The notes under the pieces were generated by a model. It was given only the letters and a program-made list of their open reading frames with translations. It was not told the DNA's origin and searched no databases. A stretch of 64,000 nt of DNA from a virus (lineage: Duplodnaviria > Heunggongvirae > Uroviricota > Caudoviricetes): the IMG/VR virus record IMGVR_UViG_2802429224_000004, positions 31,285 to 95,284 of that record; one strand, written 5' to 3'. Both the position numbers and the translations under genes were made by a program. Shown here one piece after another: positions 10,021 to 20,239 of the stretch. The first letter of the stretch is position 1; every line of letters starts with the position of its first letter.

Positions 10021-10093
10021 GAGACCTGGCGGGGAGAGATCCCCGCCACTCTTCGTGTGTCAGGTATCCTCAATGCACCCTTTCCTCTCCAAA

Positions 10094-10122
10094 TAAAAAA
10101 GCTCCCGAAGGAGCTTTAAAAT
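10094..10122. terminator. Bidirectional terminator between hok locus and the structural operon
   Basis: A-run, AGCTCC-CGAA-GGAGCT hairpin, T-run. Confidence 0.5.
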
Positions 10123-10136
10123 ACAAGGGATGACTC

Positions 10137-10646
10137 TTAATCCCAGTCAATCCAGTTGTAGACGATACGAAGTGACGGGCGCACAGCGGCAGTCACATCT
10201 TCGGTACCAAAGTCGATTGCATCACTGTAGATTTTGCAGTCCAACATTTCAATTGTTGTAGCAGCTTTTGTCACAGCGTTAACCCCGGAAGATTTGGATT
10301 CAGGGGTCGCAGCCATCGTGATATCAACATAGTCCTTCGCCGCAATGCGATCTTTAATGAACTGAAGAATATCTCCTTCGATAGTCTCCACGCACTGAAC
10401 CTGGATTTCCCCGGAGTTACGGATTGGGCCGTGCTGGTTGAACTTCACACCATTCGGACCATAGTCTTCCACATCCTCGCGGGTCATTTCAGGGATTTGC
10501 GACGTGCGAACCAATACGCTGATATCTTCATAGCCTGCAAAAGTGAGCTGGAATTCAGAAGATACCAGTCGTTCGCCTTTGGCCGCGTTGGCAGTATAGC
10601 GGCCCTTAATAAATTTACGGTTTCCCTTAGTGTTATTGTGTCCCAT
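10137..10646 (-). CDS. Tail or baseplate structural protein
   Basis: 169 aa in the structural operon. Confidence 0.4.
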   Translation of the reverse strand: MGHNNTKGNRKFIKGRYTANAAKGERLVSSEFQLTFAGYEDISVLVRTSQIPEMTREDVEDYGPNGVKFNQHGPIRNSGEIQVQCVETIEGDILQFIKDRIAAKDYVDITMAATPESKSSGVNAVTKAATTIEMLDCKIYSDAIDFGTEDVTAAVRPSLRIVYNWIDWD

Positions 10647-10657
10647 ATAAAATCCTT

Positions 10658-11239
10658 TTACTGGAACGCCCGAACAATATCGGAGCTGTTATATATCGAT
10701 GAACCGGTCAACTGGAGGTTGACGGTGTTTTTCAGGAAATGCCCATTACTATCCCTAGGGGCATCGAGATCGAAACTTAGGTCCTGGATAGCAACATCAA
10801 TGATGTTGATTCGACGGCCAATGTTTAGCGTCACCCGCTCCGGGATTCGACCACCAATACTGGCGTCTTTAAGTTCCGGGCTAATCATTGCTGACAACGC
10901 GGCGATAGCACCTGAAACTTCCGTATATGGGTCAAACAAAGCGATGAAAGTTACTGGCAGCGTGAAAGTCGGCGGTGTTCCCCCTTCCCAAACCATTAAG
11001 CTGTTCCAACGGGCAACAGACGTTGTTTCAGTACCAACCTGCGCAAAACCACCCAGAGCACCAGAAACAGATCCCATGGACATACCGGTAAACGGCGCTT
11101 CCCAATTCTGGGCCATGTTCATTGCCGCTCCCTGGCTGATATATCCGGTAACCTGGTACTGAGAGTTCGTTAAAGTAACTTTCAGATATGGCGATACACC
11201 GTCAGCCTGGCTGTAAACCCCATAAGCTATAGGAGCCAT
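10658..11239 (-). CDS. Tail structural protein
   Basis: 193 aa in the structural operon. Confidence 0.4.
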   Translation of the reverse strand: MAPIAYGVYSQADGVSPYLKVTLTNSQYQVTGYISQGAAMNMAQNWEAPFTGMSMGSVSGALGGFAQVGTETTSVARWNSLMVWEGGTPPTFTLPVTFIALFDPYTEVSGAIAALSAMISPELKDASIGGRIPERVTLNIGRRINIIDVAIQDLSFDLDAPRDSNGHFLKNTVNLQLTGSSIYNSSDIVRAFQ

Positions 11240-11274
11240 TCAAGTTAAAGGCCGGAGTTCTCCGGCCTCCTCCT

Positions 11275-12090
11275 TTAGCCAAGGCGCTTACGGCGCAGTT
11301 TCATTGACTTTTTGCGGGCAAGTTTTGCCGCGCCGGTCTGGGCTTTTCGACGAGCTTTTTTCAGCGCCGATTTTTGAGCCGCAGTCAGACGTTTTTTACG
11401 CAGGCGTTTACGGATGAGTTTGATCTCACCGTTACGAACAACCTTCTTAAATGCTTCAGTCAGCATTTCATCAGAAGTGCCAGCAACAACAAACGCCGCT
11501 TCCAGTTCGTCGCGGTCGTCGCTATCTAAACCAGCGATAGAGGCACCAACATCAGCAGCTGCGTCGTCGTCCTCATCGTCAGCCAGTGCTTCGATCAGGT
11601 CATCATCTACACCGCATGCTGCGAGGAAGTCAGCAACATTTGCCCATGCTTCGTTATAGGCATCGTCCTGTTCTTCTGTAACTTCGGAGTCGTCGTCATC
11701 AGAGATACCAGCGATAGCCTGAACGAAACCATCAAGGGAGTCGAAAGTCAGATCACCGCTATCAGCCCAGGCGAAAACGGCGTCGGCCGCATCACTCAAC
11801 GCATTCTGCATAGCACTTCGATTTGCAGCTTCCAGAATCATCTGGTGCGCCTGTTCGACGGTCCATTCTTTACCGTCTTTCCCTTCCAGGATTTGCTCAG
11901 GAGCCGGGTCAGATGAAACGTCCTCGTTAATCTGTGCCTCAGGTTCCGGATTATTATTAATAACCGGATCGGTTGGCGGTTGGGCACTTGCTCGGGCAGA
12001 CTCCATCAGTTGCACAGGATCAGCGTTCAAAGCGAAACGGGACAGTCCATTCCCTAAAAATGCCCCGGATTGAAAAAAGTTTTTGCTCAT
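11275..12090 (-). CDS. Acidic structural protein with basic C-terminal tail (P1 gp21 position)
   Basis: 271 aa; Asp/Glu-rich centre, Lys/Arg-rich C-terminus. Confidence 0.4.
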   Translation of the reverse strand: MSKNFFQSGAFLGNGLSRFALNADPVQLMESARASAQPPTDPVINNNPEPEAQINEDVSSDPAPEQILEGKDGKEWTVEQAHQMILEAANRSAMQNALSDAADAVFAWADSGDLTFDSLDGFVQAIAGISDDDDSEVTEEQDDAYNEAWANVADFLAACGVDDDLIEALADDEDDDAAADVGASIAGLDSDDRDELEAAFVVAGTSDEMLTEAFKKVVRNGEIKLIRKRLRKKRLTAAQKSALKKARRKAQTGAAKLARKKSMKLRRKRLG

Positions 12091-12099
12091 TGTATTCCC

Positions 12100-13689
12100 T
12101 TACTTAATAAGCAGCGGTACGCCCTGGATACGACGGGCTACACCTGTCGGGCAGCAGGCCCAGACCACTTCCCATTTATCGAATTCCGCCTGCGTAACTT
12201 TCAGCACATACGGTTCTGTACCGTCAGCATCCGGATCACGTGGAGCCACCAGAGCGCCGGAGGCGACAAAGCGATCTAAAAGTTTGGTCATACCTTTAGT
12301 CAGGCCAGCAGCAGTAATGCCGTCCGGGCTATGCTTCATCTGTCTGGCTAACTGGACAAAGAAACGGCTGATTGCGTTCATCAAGGATGGGACGTGCTGG
12401 AAGTGCAGATAGTTATCCTGCGTGCAGCAAGTTAAAGCATCGTCGATGATCATCTGGCCAGAGGTGCCAACAGATACTTTATTGAGACGGCCCTTGACCA
12501 TTGCTTCTTCGTCCGGGGTATCTTCCGGATACAGCGGTTGAATTGACGCACGAGCAATGACGGCACGTTCTTCACCAGCAGGAGAATAATGCCAACCGCC
12601 GACATCGGAGTTTTTCTTAACGCCACGAGCTTTCGCCGCATATGCCACGCCAGACAGACCAAAGACCACACGGGATTGGGTCCATTTGTCTTTGCAGGAG
12701 AACGGATAGTGATAGAAAGAACAGCTTACATAATCGGTACCAAGTAAACCGGTATCTTCAACAGCAGACAGCGCTTCCGTGTATGTCAATGTCGGTTTAA
12801 CATCAAAGAAGCCATCAATCAGGCGATCAGAACAGATATTACCTAACGCGGTGATCGCCGCATTGTCATAGCACCCTAGGCCGAGAACAGCGGTGTACAT
12901 GTACGGGGCATTGTTCAGCACTTTCACCGCACGCAGGTACGCAGCAGTTGATATTTTCGATTGATCACCGTTGGTACCACCGGTGAACGCCAACGATTTT
13001 TTGTTTGTTACTTTCGCTGTCGAAATCAGCTCTTCATTAACAACCGCGCGCAGATATTTAGAACGGGCTTCCAGAGCAGTAGGCAGATAACACAAGCGAC
13101 CCATGTCATCTTTCGCTTCTTCCGCCAAAGACACAGTGTGTGTCTCCAGGGTCGTTACCACACCGAGCGAAGTCGTCTGGGTCAGTTTTAAGAGGAAGCG
13201 TTCATTACCCGCGCTGTCCGCTGTTGCCGTTTCGATGGTTAACTCACGGGTAGGAGAAATACACGGATCACCATCATCAACGTAGATAGCAAAGGCTTCG
13301 CCGCTATCAAGTTCAATTTCAGAACCGTATGGCAACGCACTGTAAGCCGGTTCGCCTGATTCATCGAACATAATAATCGGGAACTTCGCATCATCCGGAA
13401 CAGCACGGACAACATAACCAGACGTTTGCTGAATAGCTTCGTACACATGGCGAATTGGTTCGAACTGTGAGCCGGAAGACGGCTTCAGCGGTTCGCCGAG
13501 AACATCTTCGTAATTGGACTCAGTAACCGCGAGAACAGTAAACGGCTTGCCACGCGCAAATACGCCAATACCAGCCCACAAGCTGCTATTTAATGCAACA
13601 CCGGTAGATAACGTCGCATCGGCATTGATCGGGCTAACCGCGACGCCGGATGCATTACCTAATGACTGTTGAATTGAATATTGAGACAT
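12100..13689 (-). CDS. Contractile tail sheath protein (P1 gp22-like)
   Basis: 529 aa; size and position fit a myovirus sheath gene. Confidence 0.5.
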   Translation of the reverse strand: MSQYSIQQSLGNASGVAVSPINADATLSTGVALNSSLWAGIGVFARGKPFTVLAVTESNYEDVLGEPLKPSSGSQFEPIRHVYEAIQQTSGYVVRAVPDDAKFPIIMFDESGEPAYSALPYGSEIELDSGEAFAIYVDDGDPCISPTRELTIETATADSAGNERFLLKLTQTTSLGVVTTLETHTVSLAEEAKDDMGRLCYLPTALEARSKYLRAVVNEELISTAKVTNKKSLAFTGGTNGDQSKISTAAYLRAVKVLNNAPYMYTAVLGLGCYDNAAITALGNICSDRLIDGFFDVKPTLTYTEALSAVEDTGLLGTDYVSCSFYHYPFSCKDKWTQSRVVFGLSGVAYAAKARGVKKNSDVGGWHYSPAGEERAVIARASIQPLYPEDTPDEEAMVKGRLNKVSVGTSGQMIIDDALTCCTQDNYLHFQHVPSLMNAISRFFVQLARQMKHSPDGITAAGLTKGMTKLLDRFVASGALVAPRDPDADGTEPYVLKVTQAEFDKWEVVWACCPTGVARRIQGVPLLIK

Positions 13690-13749
13690 AACTTTCCCTG
13701 TTATGCGCCCCGCACGGGGGCGCTATGTTAAACGGAGAACTTCCCCTGA

Positions 13750-15477
13750 TTACTCAGAGTCACCGGCATCAATCGTGTCGCCGCTTATGAAGTTAAGCCC
13801 GCCTTTTTTGGCCATTGTCAGCGTTACACGAGTGAAGTAATCAGCGCCGTTGCGTGGGTGCATATCGTTGATAGCCGAACCCCACAGCGTGGTACGGTTG
13901 ACCAGCGCCGGAGTGGTCGGATGCTGGAACGGGATGGCCGGGACAGCATCACCAGTCACGAAGCCTGCTTTACCCGGATTTTCATCACGGACGTAGCACA
14001 GCACATCCATCGAGCTGAACTGAATGTTCTCTGTCGTTAAGTTCTTACAAATACCAGCAGGTACTTCGTACACTTTCACGTTACCGAACAGGGTACCGAT
14101 GTAGTGAACATACGGAGTCTGGATATAGTCTTCGGCTGGCTGGAAGAAATCCTTCGGCAACTGTTTGAAGAAAGATGCTGCATCAGCACCAGCAAACATC
14201 CCCATCGCACCAGAAGATTTAACGCGCTCAATAATGTCGCGATATACAGTCTGGAATTTGCCACGAATGATGGTTGCCCATACATCAAAGGACTGGTTAA
14301 CCGGCAGAGCGATGTCAAAGGTGTCGGTCGCAAGAGTACGCCAGATCATGATGCGAAGACGCAGCATATCCTGTTCATGAGACAGGTATTCCTTCAGGGT
14401 GCGGAACTGTAGGGAACCCAGGTCCAGACCAAATTCACGCTGTGCTTCATACGCCGCCTGTACCGTGTGCTCAGCCGCGATAACGAACTGGCTTGGGAAC
14501 AGGGTGTATTTCTTCATTTCGTGGTTGATCAGCGGGATCAGCTCAGGAGCGGCTTCAATATTGATTTCCGTCTCAATTGCGATCTCAGTGCCTTTATCCG
14601 GCGCTTTGGAGAACGACAGGGCAATCTGACCAATGTTGTAGTTCAGAGAGCAGGTAACAGTGATTTGCTCACCAGCAGCATTAGTAAACGAGTGAAGTAG
14701 GCTGCCGGAACCGTTATCAACAACAGACTTAATACGGTTAACGTAGATGTTAGTGCGACCTTTTCGGATTGGTACATTCTGGCCTTCGAAGTCTTCCATC
14801 TTGAAGGTTGCGGTTTTGCTGGTGCCATCGGAGCTTGCCACCAGCACATAGCGGCGGCGTAACTGGCTGTACACACCGACGGATTGCATGTCCAGAACAT
14901 CACCAGCAGCATAAGAACCAAAAGAGGAACCTGCCACGTTAAAGACTTCATAGATGTCGGACTGGTCACGCGTAACCGGAATGAAGGTACACGCATCAGC
15001 GGTAGCTGCCCCCAACTGAACAGGCAGGATCATCGCGAGGAATAAAGGCAGACGCATAACACCGTCAGAAACGCTCATCATCTCTGCTGCGACGGATTCC
15101 AGCATCGCTTTATTAGTGGCATCCATGCTATTGCGGGTGGACTCAATCAGGCAGTTTTCCAGCGTCTGGTGGCAGGAGGCCAAAATTTCCGGACGCGGCA
15201 TAGATTTATGTGCTGCGGCGTAGTCAGCCAGTGCACTTGCCCACGCTGTAGCGATTTGAGCGGTGGCATTATCAGAGATACCCGCAAAAATTGGGTCTTT
15301 ACGTGCAGCTTCAAGGATAGATGCGGCACGCGCGGCATCATCTTTAATGAATTGGTTATCAGTACCGAACTGCGCAGTGCTTGCCCAGCCAAGCACAGCT
15401 TTAGAGCGTTTTGCGATATCTGCAATACGATTCTGGTATTCGCGTAAGTTACTCAATTTACTCTTCCTTAAACACAA
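13750..15477 (-). CDS. Major head protein candidate (P1 gp23-like); true start may be the TTG at about 15456 after AGGAAG
   Basis: 575 aa; first gene of the operon. Confidence 0.4.
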   Translation of the reverse strand: MCLRKSKLSNLREYQNRIADIAKRSKAVLGWASTAQFGTDNQFIKDDAARAASILEAARKDPIFAGISDNATAQIATAWASALADYAAAHKSMPRPEILASCHQTLENCLIESTRNSMDATNKAMLESVAAEMMSVSDGVMRLPLFLAMILPVQLGAATADACTFIPVTRDQSDIYEVFNVAGSSFGSYAAGDVLDMQSVGVYSQLRRRYVLVASSDGTSKTATFKMEDFEGQNVPIRKGRTNIYVNRIKSVVDNGSGSLLHSFTNAAGEQITVTCSLNYNIGQIALSFSKAPDKGTEIAIETEINIEAAPELIPLINHEMKKYTLFPSQFVIAAEHTVQAAYEAQREFGLDLGSLQFRTLKEYLSHEQDMLRLRIMIWRTLATDTFDIALPVNQSFDVWATIIRGKFQTVYRDIIERVKSSGAMGMFAGADAASFFKQLPKDFFQPAEDYIQTPYVHYIGTLFGNVKVYEVPAGICKNLTTENIQFSSMDVLCYVRDENPGKAGFVTGDAVPAIPFQHPTTPALVNRTTLWGSAINDMHPRNGADYFTRVTLTMAKKGGLNFISGDTIDAGDSE

Positions 15478-15515
15478 GGCACTTGTGTGAATCCCTTTTC
15501 GGAAGAGATTTTATT

Positions 15516-15536
15516 GAAAGTCACTTGTTGACTTTC
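15516..15536 (-). promoter_or_regulatory. Candidate late promoter motif upstream of the head/sheath operon
   Basis: GAAAGTCACTTGTTGACTTTC inverted repeat 40-60 nt upstream of 15477. Confidence 0.3.
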
Positions 15537-15593
15537 TCGTGACAAGCAATTTTTTTATTTTTTTCGGGAGTAGGGGATGAAGGTAAAATCCAA

Positions 15594-15678
15594 GGTGAAA
15601 TCGTGGCGATTTCACCTTGAAATTTTAGAGGGATTTACTTTAAAAACAGTAGTTTAATGGTGAAATTTGAATGGCGAA
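15594..15678. other. parS: parS partition site
   Basis: ParB box A heptamers (ATTTCAC/GTGAAAT) and box B hexamers (TGGCGA) flanking an AT-rich IHF-like stretch, just downstream of parB. Confidence 0.65.
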
Positions 15679-15681
15679 AGT

Positions 15682-16683
15682 TTAAGGCTTCGGCTTTTTA
15701 TCGAGGCTCTTTCTAAGGATATGCCCAATCATCCTGTCGAGTTCTTCCTGTAGCTCTTTTGAAAGTCGATTAAACTCATAAGAAAATGCACGGCCTTTCA
15801 CGCGCTTCCTTGCAAAGCGATCCTTGTCCTCAAATTTCCATAATTCAGTAACTACGGACTTATCTTTAGAACCTTTATCCGTGAGTAGTGAGGCTTCCTT
15901 TGTTATCAAGCGCAGGATTTTATTTTTAACTTCATCTTCGGCCATTTCTTCAATGGATAAGATGTCGTTTATTTCCGGGGATATGTTTTGAATAAGCTGA
16001 TCAAACTCTAAATTCTTGTTCCCCATTTCGTCGCCAACAGCACAAAGCGTTTTGTAGTCCGAAAAGGTTAATTCCGACTGCACAGGGAAAAGGGCGACTA
16101 ATTCTTCCGGAGCACTCGCTGCCTGGAGAGCACGCGTGACCTTCGCCTGAGACAGCCCTTCTTTGGCTGCAATATCCTTCTGACTCATCCCATCATTTTT
16201 CATTCGCATCAAACGCAGACCTATTTCTCGAATGCTGTGCTGCAATGCTGTCTGAACGTCTTTCGCTAAATTTTGCGCTTCCTGAACGCTGATCTCCTGG
16301 TCCGTGACTAAAACCCGCAACCCTACGTTCTCTAAGATGGCAGAAGCTCGACGCCGGGAACCATCCAAAATTTCAATTTTCCCTGTAGCCCGTCTAACAC
16401 CTATTGCAGGGTAAAATTGCTGATGCTTAATAGTGCTTCGGATACTTTTTAATGATTTTGGCGTAAGAGATGCTTGGTCACGCCCGTTGTTATGCTGATC
16501 AACAAAGGTATCGCTTTCTACCTGGTTCGGAGGTATTACCTCTTCAATAAATGTGGCCTGGCGACCAGTTGATAACTTGAATACCTGCTCGACTCGATCG
16601 CCAGAGGCTGAAGAACTATCAAATCCGCTTAATATTGAAGGATTAAGGGTTCGCCCAATTGTTGGTCTGTTTTTCTTTGACAT
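15682..16683 (-). CDS. parB: Partition protein ParB
   Basis: 333 aa; N-terminus MSKKNRPTIGRTLNPSILSGF matches P1 ParB as remembered; followed by parS. Confidence 0.8.
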   Translation of the reverse strand: MSKKNRPTIGRTLNPSILSGFDSSSASGDRVEQVFKLSTGRQATFIEEVIPPNQVESDTFVDQHNNGRDQASLTPKSLKSIRSTIKHQQFYPAIGVRRATGKIEILDGSRRRASAILENVGLRVLVTDQEISVQEAQNLAKDVQTALQHSIREIGLRLMRMKNDGMSQKDIAAKEGLSQAKVTRALQAASAPEELVALFPVQSELTFSDYKTLCAVGDEMGNKNLEFDQLIQNISPEINDILSIEEMAEDEVKNKILRLITKEASLLTDKGSKDKSVVTELWKFEDKDRFARKRVKGRAFSYEFNRLSKELQEELDRMIGHILRKSLDKKPKP

Positions 16684-16699
16684 GGGGGTTTCTTACTCC

Positions 16700-17896
16700 T
16701 CAGTTAGATCTGATAAATTCAATACGGTCAAAAACTGCTTTAGCAAAATCTTCCGCGGCAATTCGCGCGTTCTTCAATGCATCAGCACTACCAACATACG
16801 TTGCCGGGTTAGCTGAAATAACAGTGTCAAAAGACTCGCCGCAACGTTCAAAACCGTCAAGGCGAGGGAGGACGACATCGAGCATATCCCCACCGAACAC
16901 TTCTTTAGCCAGGCTATGGCAATACTTATGATCTGCCTTGTTACTCAACTTGGACATAAAACCAATGTTAGTCGCAAGCTGGCACTCGCAGCCTTCATCC
17001 GAAATGAGTTTCACCAACTCAGGAAGGCGGGCAACGTATTTAAGCGATGAGTGGAAATCGACAGTTGCTGGCGGCAGAGGTGTAAACAGTATATTGGCCG
17101 AGGCCAAAGCATTTTTCAGGAAGGCGTCAAGGTGAGGACCACTATCAACGAGGATAAAGTCATAATCGCTCTTCAGCTTATCAATCACATTTTCTTTCAG
17201 GACAGCATGGATGTTCTGACCCGGTAGATGCTCATTGCACAGCTCTCTCCAATCGGATGCAATAAAGGCATCGTCAATCGACGCAGGCATAACGTCAACC
17301 CCAGGTACAACAGAAGGAACAATAAACTCCTCTAACAGCTCTTCACGGCTTACATTCTGCAACATAGCCTGTGCAGATGTTGCGTTTACGATACCAATAG
17401 AGTGTTTATGGCTTAAAAACATCGTTGCTGAAGATTGCGGATCAAGGTCAATAACCAGAATCCTTAAATCTTCCATCAGAAGATGAGGGTGGGCACGCAT
17501 TGCATGCGCCAGAGAAACCGTCGATACAGTTTTTGACACACCGCCTTTAAGATTGGAGATGAAAATCACATACGCTTCGCTGTAGCGATCCCGGTATTTT
17601 GGCACTCCGCGGTGTTCATATATGTCAATGATGTTCTGAATTGACATCGCATATTTCATTGAAGAGCCAGCAGGGCGTTTATCGAAAACATAACCCTTTT
17701 CTTCCATTTCACTTACGGCATAGTCAACGTTCGCTCGAGTCAGTAGAGGCAATTTTGCCAGTGCCGCTTTCGCATAGACCTGGTAAAACTCGTTCGCGTG
17801 TAGCTCATCCTTTTGCAACTGTACTTGTTCAGTCAGAACATTGAGCATTCTGTTTGCTCTTTGAGCAACCTTGTGAAGCTGGCTGGAATCACTCAT
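16700..17896 (-). CDS. parA: Partition ATPase ParA
   Basis: 398 aa; deviant Walker A KGGVSKT; operon with parB. Confidence 0.8.
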   Translation of the reverse strand: MSDSSQLHKVAQRANRMLNVLTEQVQLQKDELHANEFYQVYAKAALAKLPLLTRANVDYAVSEMEEKGYVFDKRPAGSSMKYAMSIQNIIDIYEHRGVPKYRDRYSEAYVIFISNLKGGVSKTVSTVSLAHAMRAHPHLLMEDLRILVIDLDPQSSATMFLSHKHSIGIVNATSAQAMLQNVSREELLEEFIVPSVVPGVDVMPASIDDAFIASDWRELCNEHLPGQNIHAVLKENVIDKLKSDYDFILVDSGPHLDAFLKNALASANILFTPLPPATVDFHSSLKYVARLPELVKLISDEGCECQLATNIGFMSKLSNKADHKYCHSLAKEVFGGDMLDVVLPRLDGFERCGESFDTVISANPATYVGSADALKNARIAAEDFAKAVFDRIEFIRSN

Positions 17897-18034
17897 CGAA
17901 AGTCATCCTTTATGCTGTATTTTTGAATTTAATTAAAAATGCTGCATAAAATAATAATGTATGCGTAGATGCTTGTACATAGCATTCTCTGCATGTTTGG
18001 TTCATTTTGTACGATTGAGAGTTACAAGGAGGGC

Positions 18035-18057
18035 ACAAAAAAGCCCCGTTCAGGGGC
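18035..18057 (-). terminator. Rho-independent terminator after the T5orf172-domain gene
   Basis: Minus-sense GCCCC-TGAAC-GGGGC followed by TTTTTTG. Confidence 0.55.
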
Positions 18058-18064
18058 ATCAGTG

Positions 18065-18874
18065 TTATTTGTTAAGAGCTGCGAATAATCGTTCGAAATC
18101 GATAGTATCTATAGCACGCGTTAGCGCCGGAAGTTCAGCCTCAAAGCACCCGTTTCGATCGTAAAAGAAGGGACCGAAGAGCGAGGCATGTTGGATTCTA
18201 CTTCGCCCCAGTCCGGACACACAGTTAAGCCCATTACCGGCTAAAAGGCTAAAAAACTTCTCTGGATTATCGTGGTAAAGCTGGGAATCAATGGTGGCGG
18301 TTAACTCTTCCATAGGGAAGCACACCCGCCCTGTCTCCCAGGGATATTTAGTCCGAAGCGTAAACATCGCTTTCAGCAATTCACATTGAGCGCGGATCGC
18401 GTCAGGTTCATAGCCAGATATGGAGACATAAGCCACATCCCTCATTCCTGCGTCATCTTTGAAAGTCACGATAGAAGTAACATCCAGTTCTTTTTCGAAA
18501 GAGCGAGCAGCATCTACTGGACGCTGAAGTAAATCATTCGACTTAATCCGCTCGAGAATCCCTCCCCACATATCATTTAGATATTCGATATGAGCCAAAA
18601 CCTTATCAAGACACTCTCGTGTAAACCATTCAGTATGCCCGCCACCGGCGCTTTTCTCCCACGGCGCATTCCAGGGGAAAAAGGTTGCGTGTAAAGCCCG
18701 CTCAAGATTAACTATTGCCAAACGCGTACCACGATAGACCCGTGAAAGTGCAAAATCGGGACTCACTTGTAGCCCTTTAAACCGTGCCAATGGACCACAT
18801 GAAATGCCGATTTTAAAAGTATCTCCGTTCTCCGGCACCAGAACGTAGAGGTAGTGTTGTTTCTCTTCTTGCAT
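18065..18874 (-). CDS. T5orf172 / GIY-YIG-like domain protein with uncharacterised C-terminal domain
   Basis: 269 aa; N-terminal pattern YLYVL...FKIGIS...R...L......GHTEWF; ATG start abuts the incA iterons; own terminator. Confidence 0.6.
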   Translation of the reverse strand: MQEEKQHYLYVLVPENGDTFKIGISCGPLARFKGLQVSPDFALSRVYRGTRLAIVNLERALHATFFPWNAPWEKSAGGGHTEWFTRECLDKVLAHIEYLNDMWGGILERIKSNDLLQRPVDAARSFEKELDVTSIVTFKDDAGMRDVAYVSISGYEPDAIRAQCELLKAMFTLRTKYPWETGRVCFPMEELTATIDSQLYHDNPEKFFSLLAGNGLNCVSGLGRSRIQHASLFGPFFYDRNGCFEAELPALTRAIDTIDFERLFAALNK

Positions 18875-18889
18875 ATCAATACCACTGCT

Positions 18890-19166
18890 TGATGAGAACC
18901 GCGCAAATGTTGACTATGCGCGAAAGTTAATGTGAATAGTTGACTATGCGCGATGTGACTACAGTCAAAAGTTGACTGTAGTCGATTTAACTCCACCAAA
19001 AATCGACTATGTAAGATATTGTCGGGAGAAACGTTGACTATACGCGATGAAATGACCCTAAAAGCCATCTCAATAGCGACTTGCAGAATATTGACGCCAG
19101 CAAAAATCCACCAGCGTCAACGAATGTCGCCTATAGTCAACTTCTCGCTATCGCATATAGTCAATA
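18890..19166. repeat. incA-like iteron array downstream of repA
   Basis: About 7-9 copies of TCGCG(T/C)ATAGTCAAC-like repeats in both orientations. Confidence 0.55.
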
Positions 19167-20051
19167 TTATGGATTGCGCTTATGGATCTGGAAGCCGATT
19201 TTCCTGCCGTTTTTTATCTCTGAAAATTTAAGATATTCAATAGCTTCCAAATCTTTCATAGCTTTTCTGATAACGCTATTTTGCACGCTAACGGATGATT
19301 TGAGATTAAGCCTTGCTCTAAGGCGCTCAATGCTGACAGGTGCCGGGTTGGCGGGTAGAGCCTCAAAGAATGTATACAGTACCTTGGCCGTCTCTTTGCG
19401 CCCGAGCTTATCCAGCATCTTCAGCTTCAGGATTCGCTTATAGTCAACATAGTAAAGTTCAGATAGCTGTTTCTGCGGCTGGATCTCGATAACATCAAGC
19501 TCGGTATTCAGGCTGCTATATGCCAACAAGTTGACGTTAATGTTATTGAGATGACCTTTTGCCGCCGGGAAGCGGAATTTGACAACTGTCTGCTGAATGC
19601 GTGTCAGAGAGTCATCAATACTTTTACGGAACGCCTTTGAAAGGCGCTTACGTGGATAGCCGCATCGATCGGCAAACTCGGAGAATGGCAGGGTGATTAT
19701 GCCGTCATCATCAGGTGCGTAGTCAAACAACGCGGAGGTTATGCCCACCCACACCTTAAAATCAGTATCCATATCCAGGCGTGGACCATGTATTTCAATT
19801 CCCTCATAGCCTTCCTGCTCAACAATTTTGAGGCTTGATAGTTCTTCGGTTGCGTTCGTTGTGTTTGTAGTAACTGACGATCCGCGACGTAGTGCCACAT
19901 TGGTAGATTTTAAGGTTGGCACAAACACACCTAAGCGCAACAAAGCGATGGGTTGTATAGTGCTATTGTTATTGGGTTTCAGGCTGTGGATTTCTCCTGT
20001 ATTTCCTGCAACTTCTTCAACGCTAAGGAAGCCTTTATTTTCTTCCGGCAT
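19167..20051 (-). CDS. repA: Plasmid replication initiator RepA (start set at internal ATG; track ORF extends to 20108 from TTG)
   Basis: Flanked by iteron arrays; region QPIALLRLGVFVP resembles P1 RepA as remembered. Confidence 0.6.
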   Translation of the reverse strand: MPEENKGFLSVEEVAGNTGEIHSLKPNNNSTIQPIALLRLGVFVPTLKSTNVALRRGSSVTTNTTNATEELSSLKIVEQEGYEGIEIHGPRLDMDTDFKVWVGITSALFDYAPDDDGIITLPFSEFADRCGYPRKRLSKAFRKSIDDSLTRIQQTVVKFRFPAAKGHLNNINVNLLAYSSLNTELDVIEIQPQKQLSELYYVDYKRILKLKMLDKLGRKETAKVLYTFFEALPANPAPVSIERLRARLNLKSSVSVQNSVIRKAMKDLEAIEYLKFSEIKNGRKIGFQIHKRNP

Positions 20052-20130
20052 CGTGGTTTCTCCATATGTGGCGCGGCCTGGCGTCATCTGGATTGCAGTT
20101 ATCAACAACTGTGAATAGTCAGGCTCTAAA

Positions 20131-20232
20131 ATCGCGTACAGTCAATGTTTCTGTCGCGTATAGTCAACAATAAATCGCGTGCAGTCAACAATAAATCGTG
20201 CACAGTCAACATAAAATCGCGTATAGTCAATG
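20131..20232. repeat. incC iterons of the plasmid origin (5 copies, about 21-bp spacing)
   Basis: ATCGCGTACAGTCAATG, GTCGCGTATAGTCAACA, ATCGCGTGCAGTCAACA, ATCGTGCACAGTCAACA, ATCGCGTATAGTCAATG. Confidence 0.6.
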
Positions 20233-20239
20233 TTGATCC

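Noticed and set aside
18890-20232. Possible CRISPR array
   Set aside because: The repeats are about 17 bp with 4-6 bp spacing and flank repA; this is iteron organisation, not a repeat-spacer array, and there are no cas genes.
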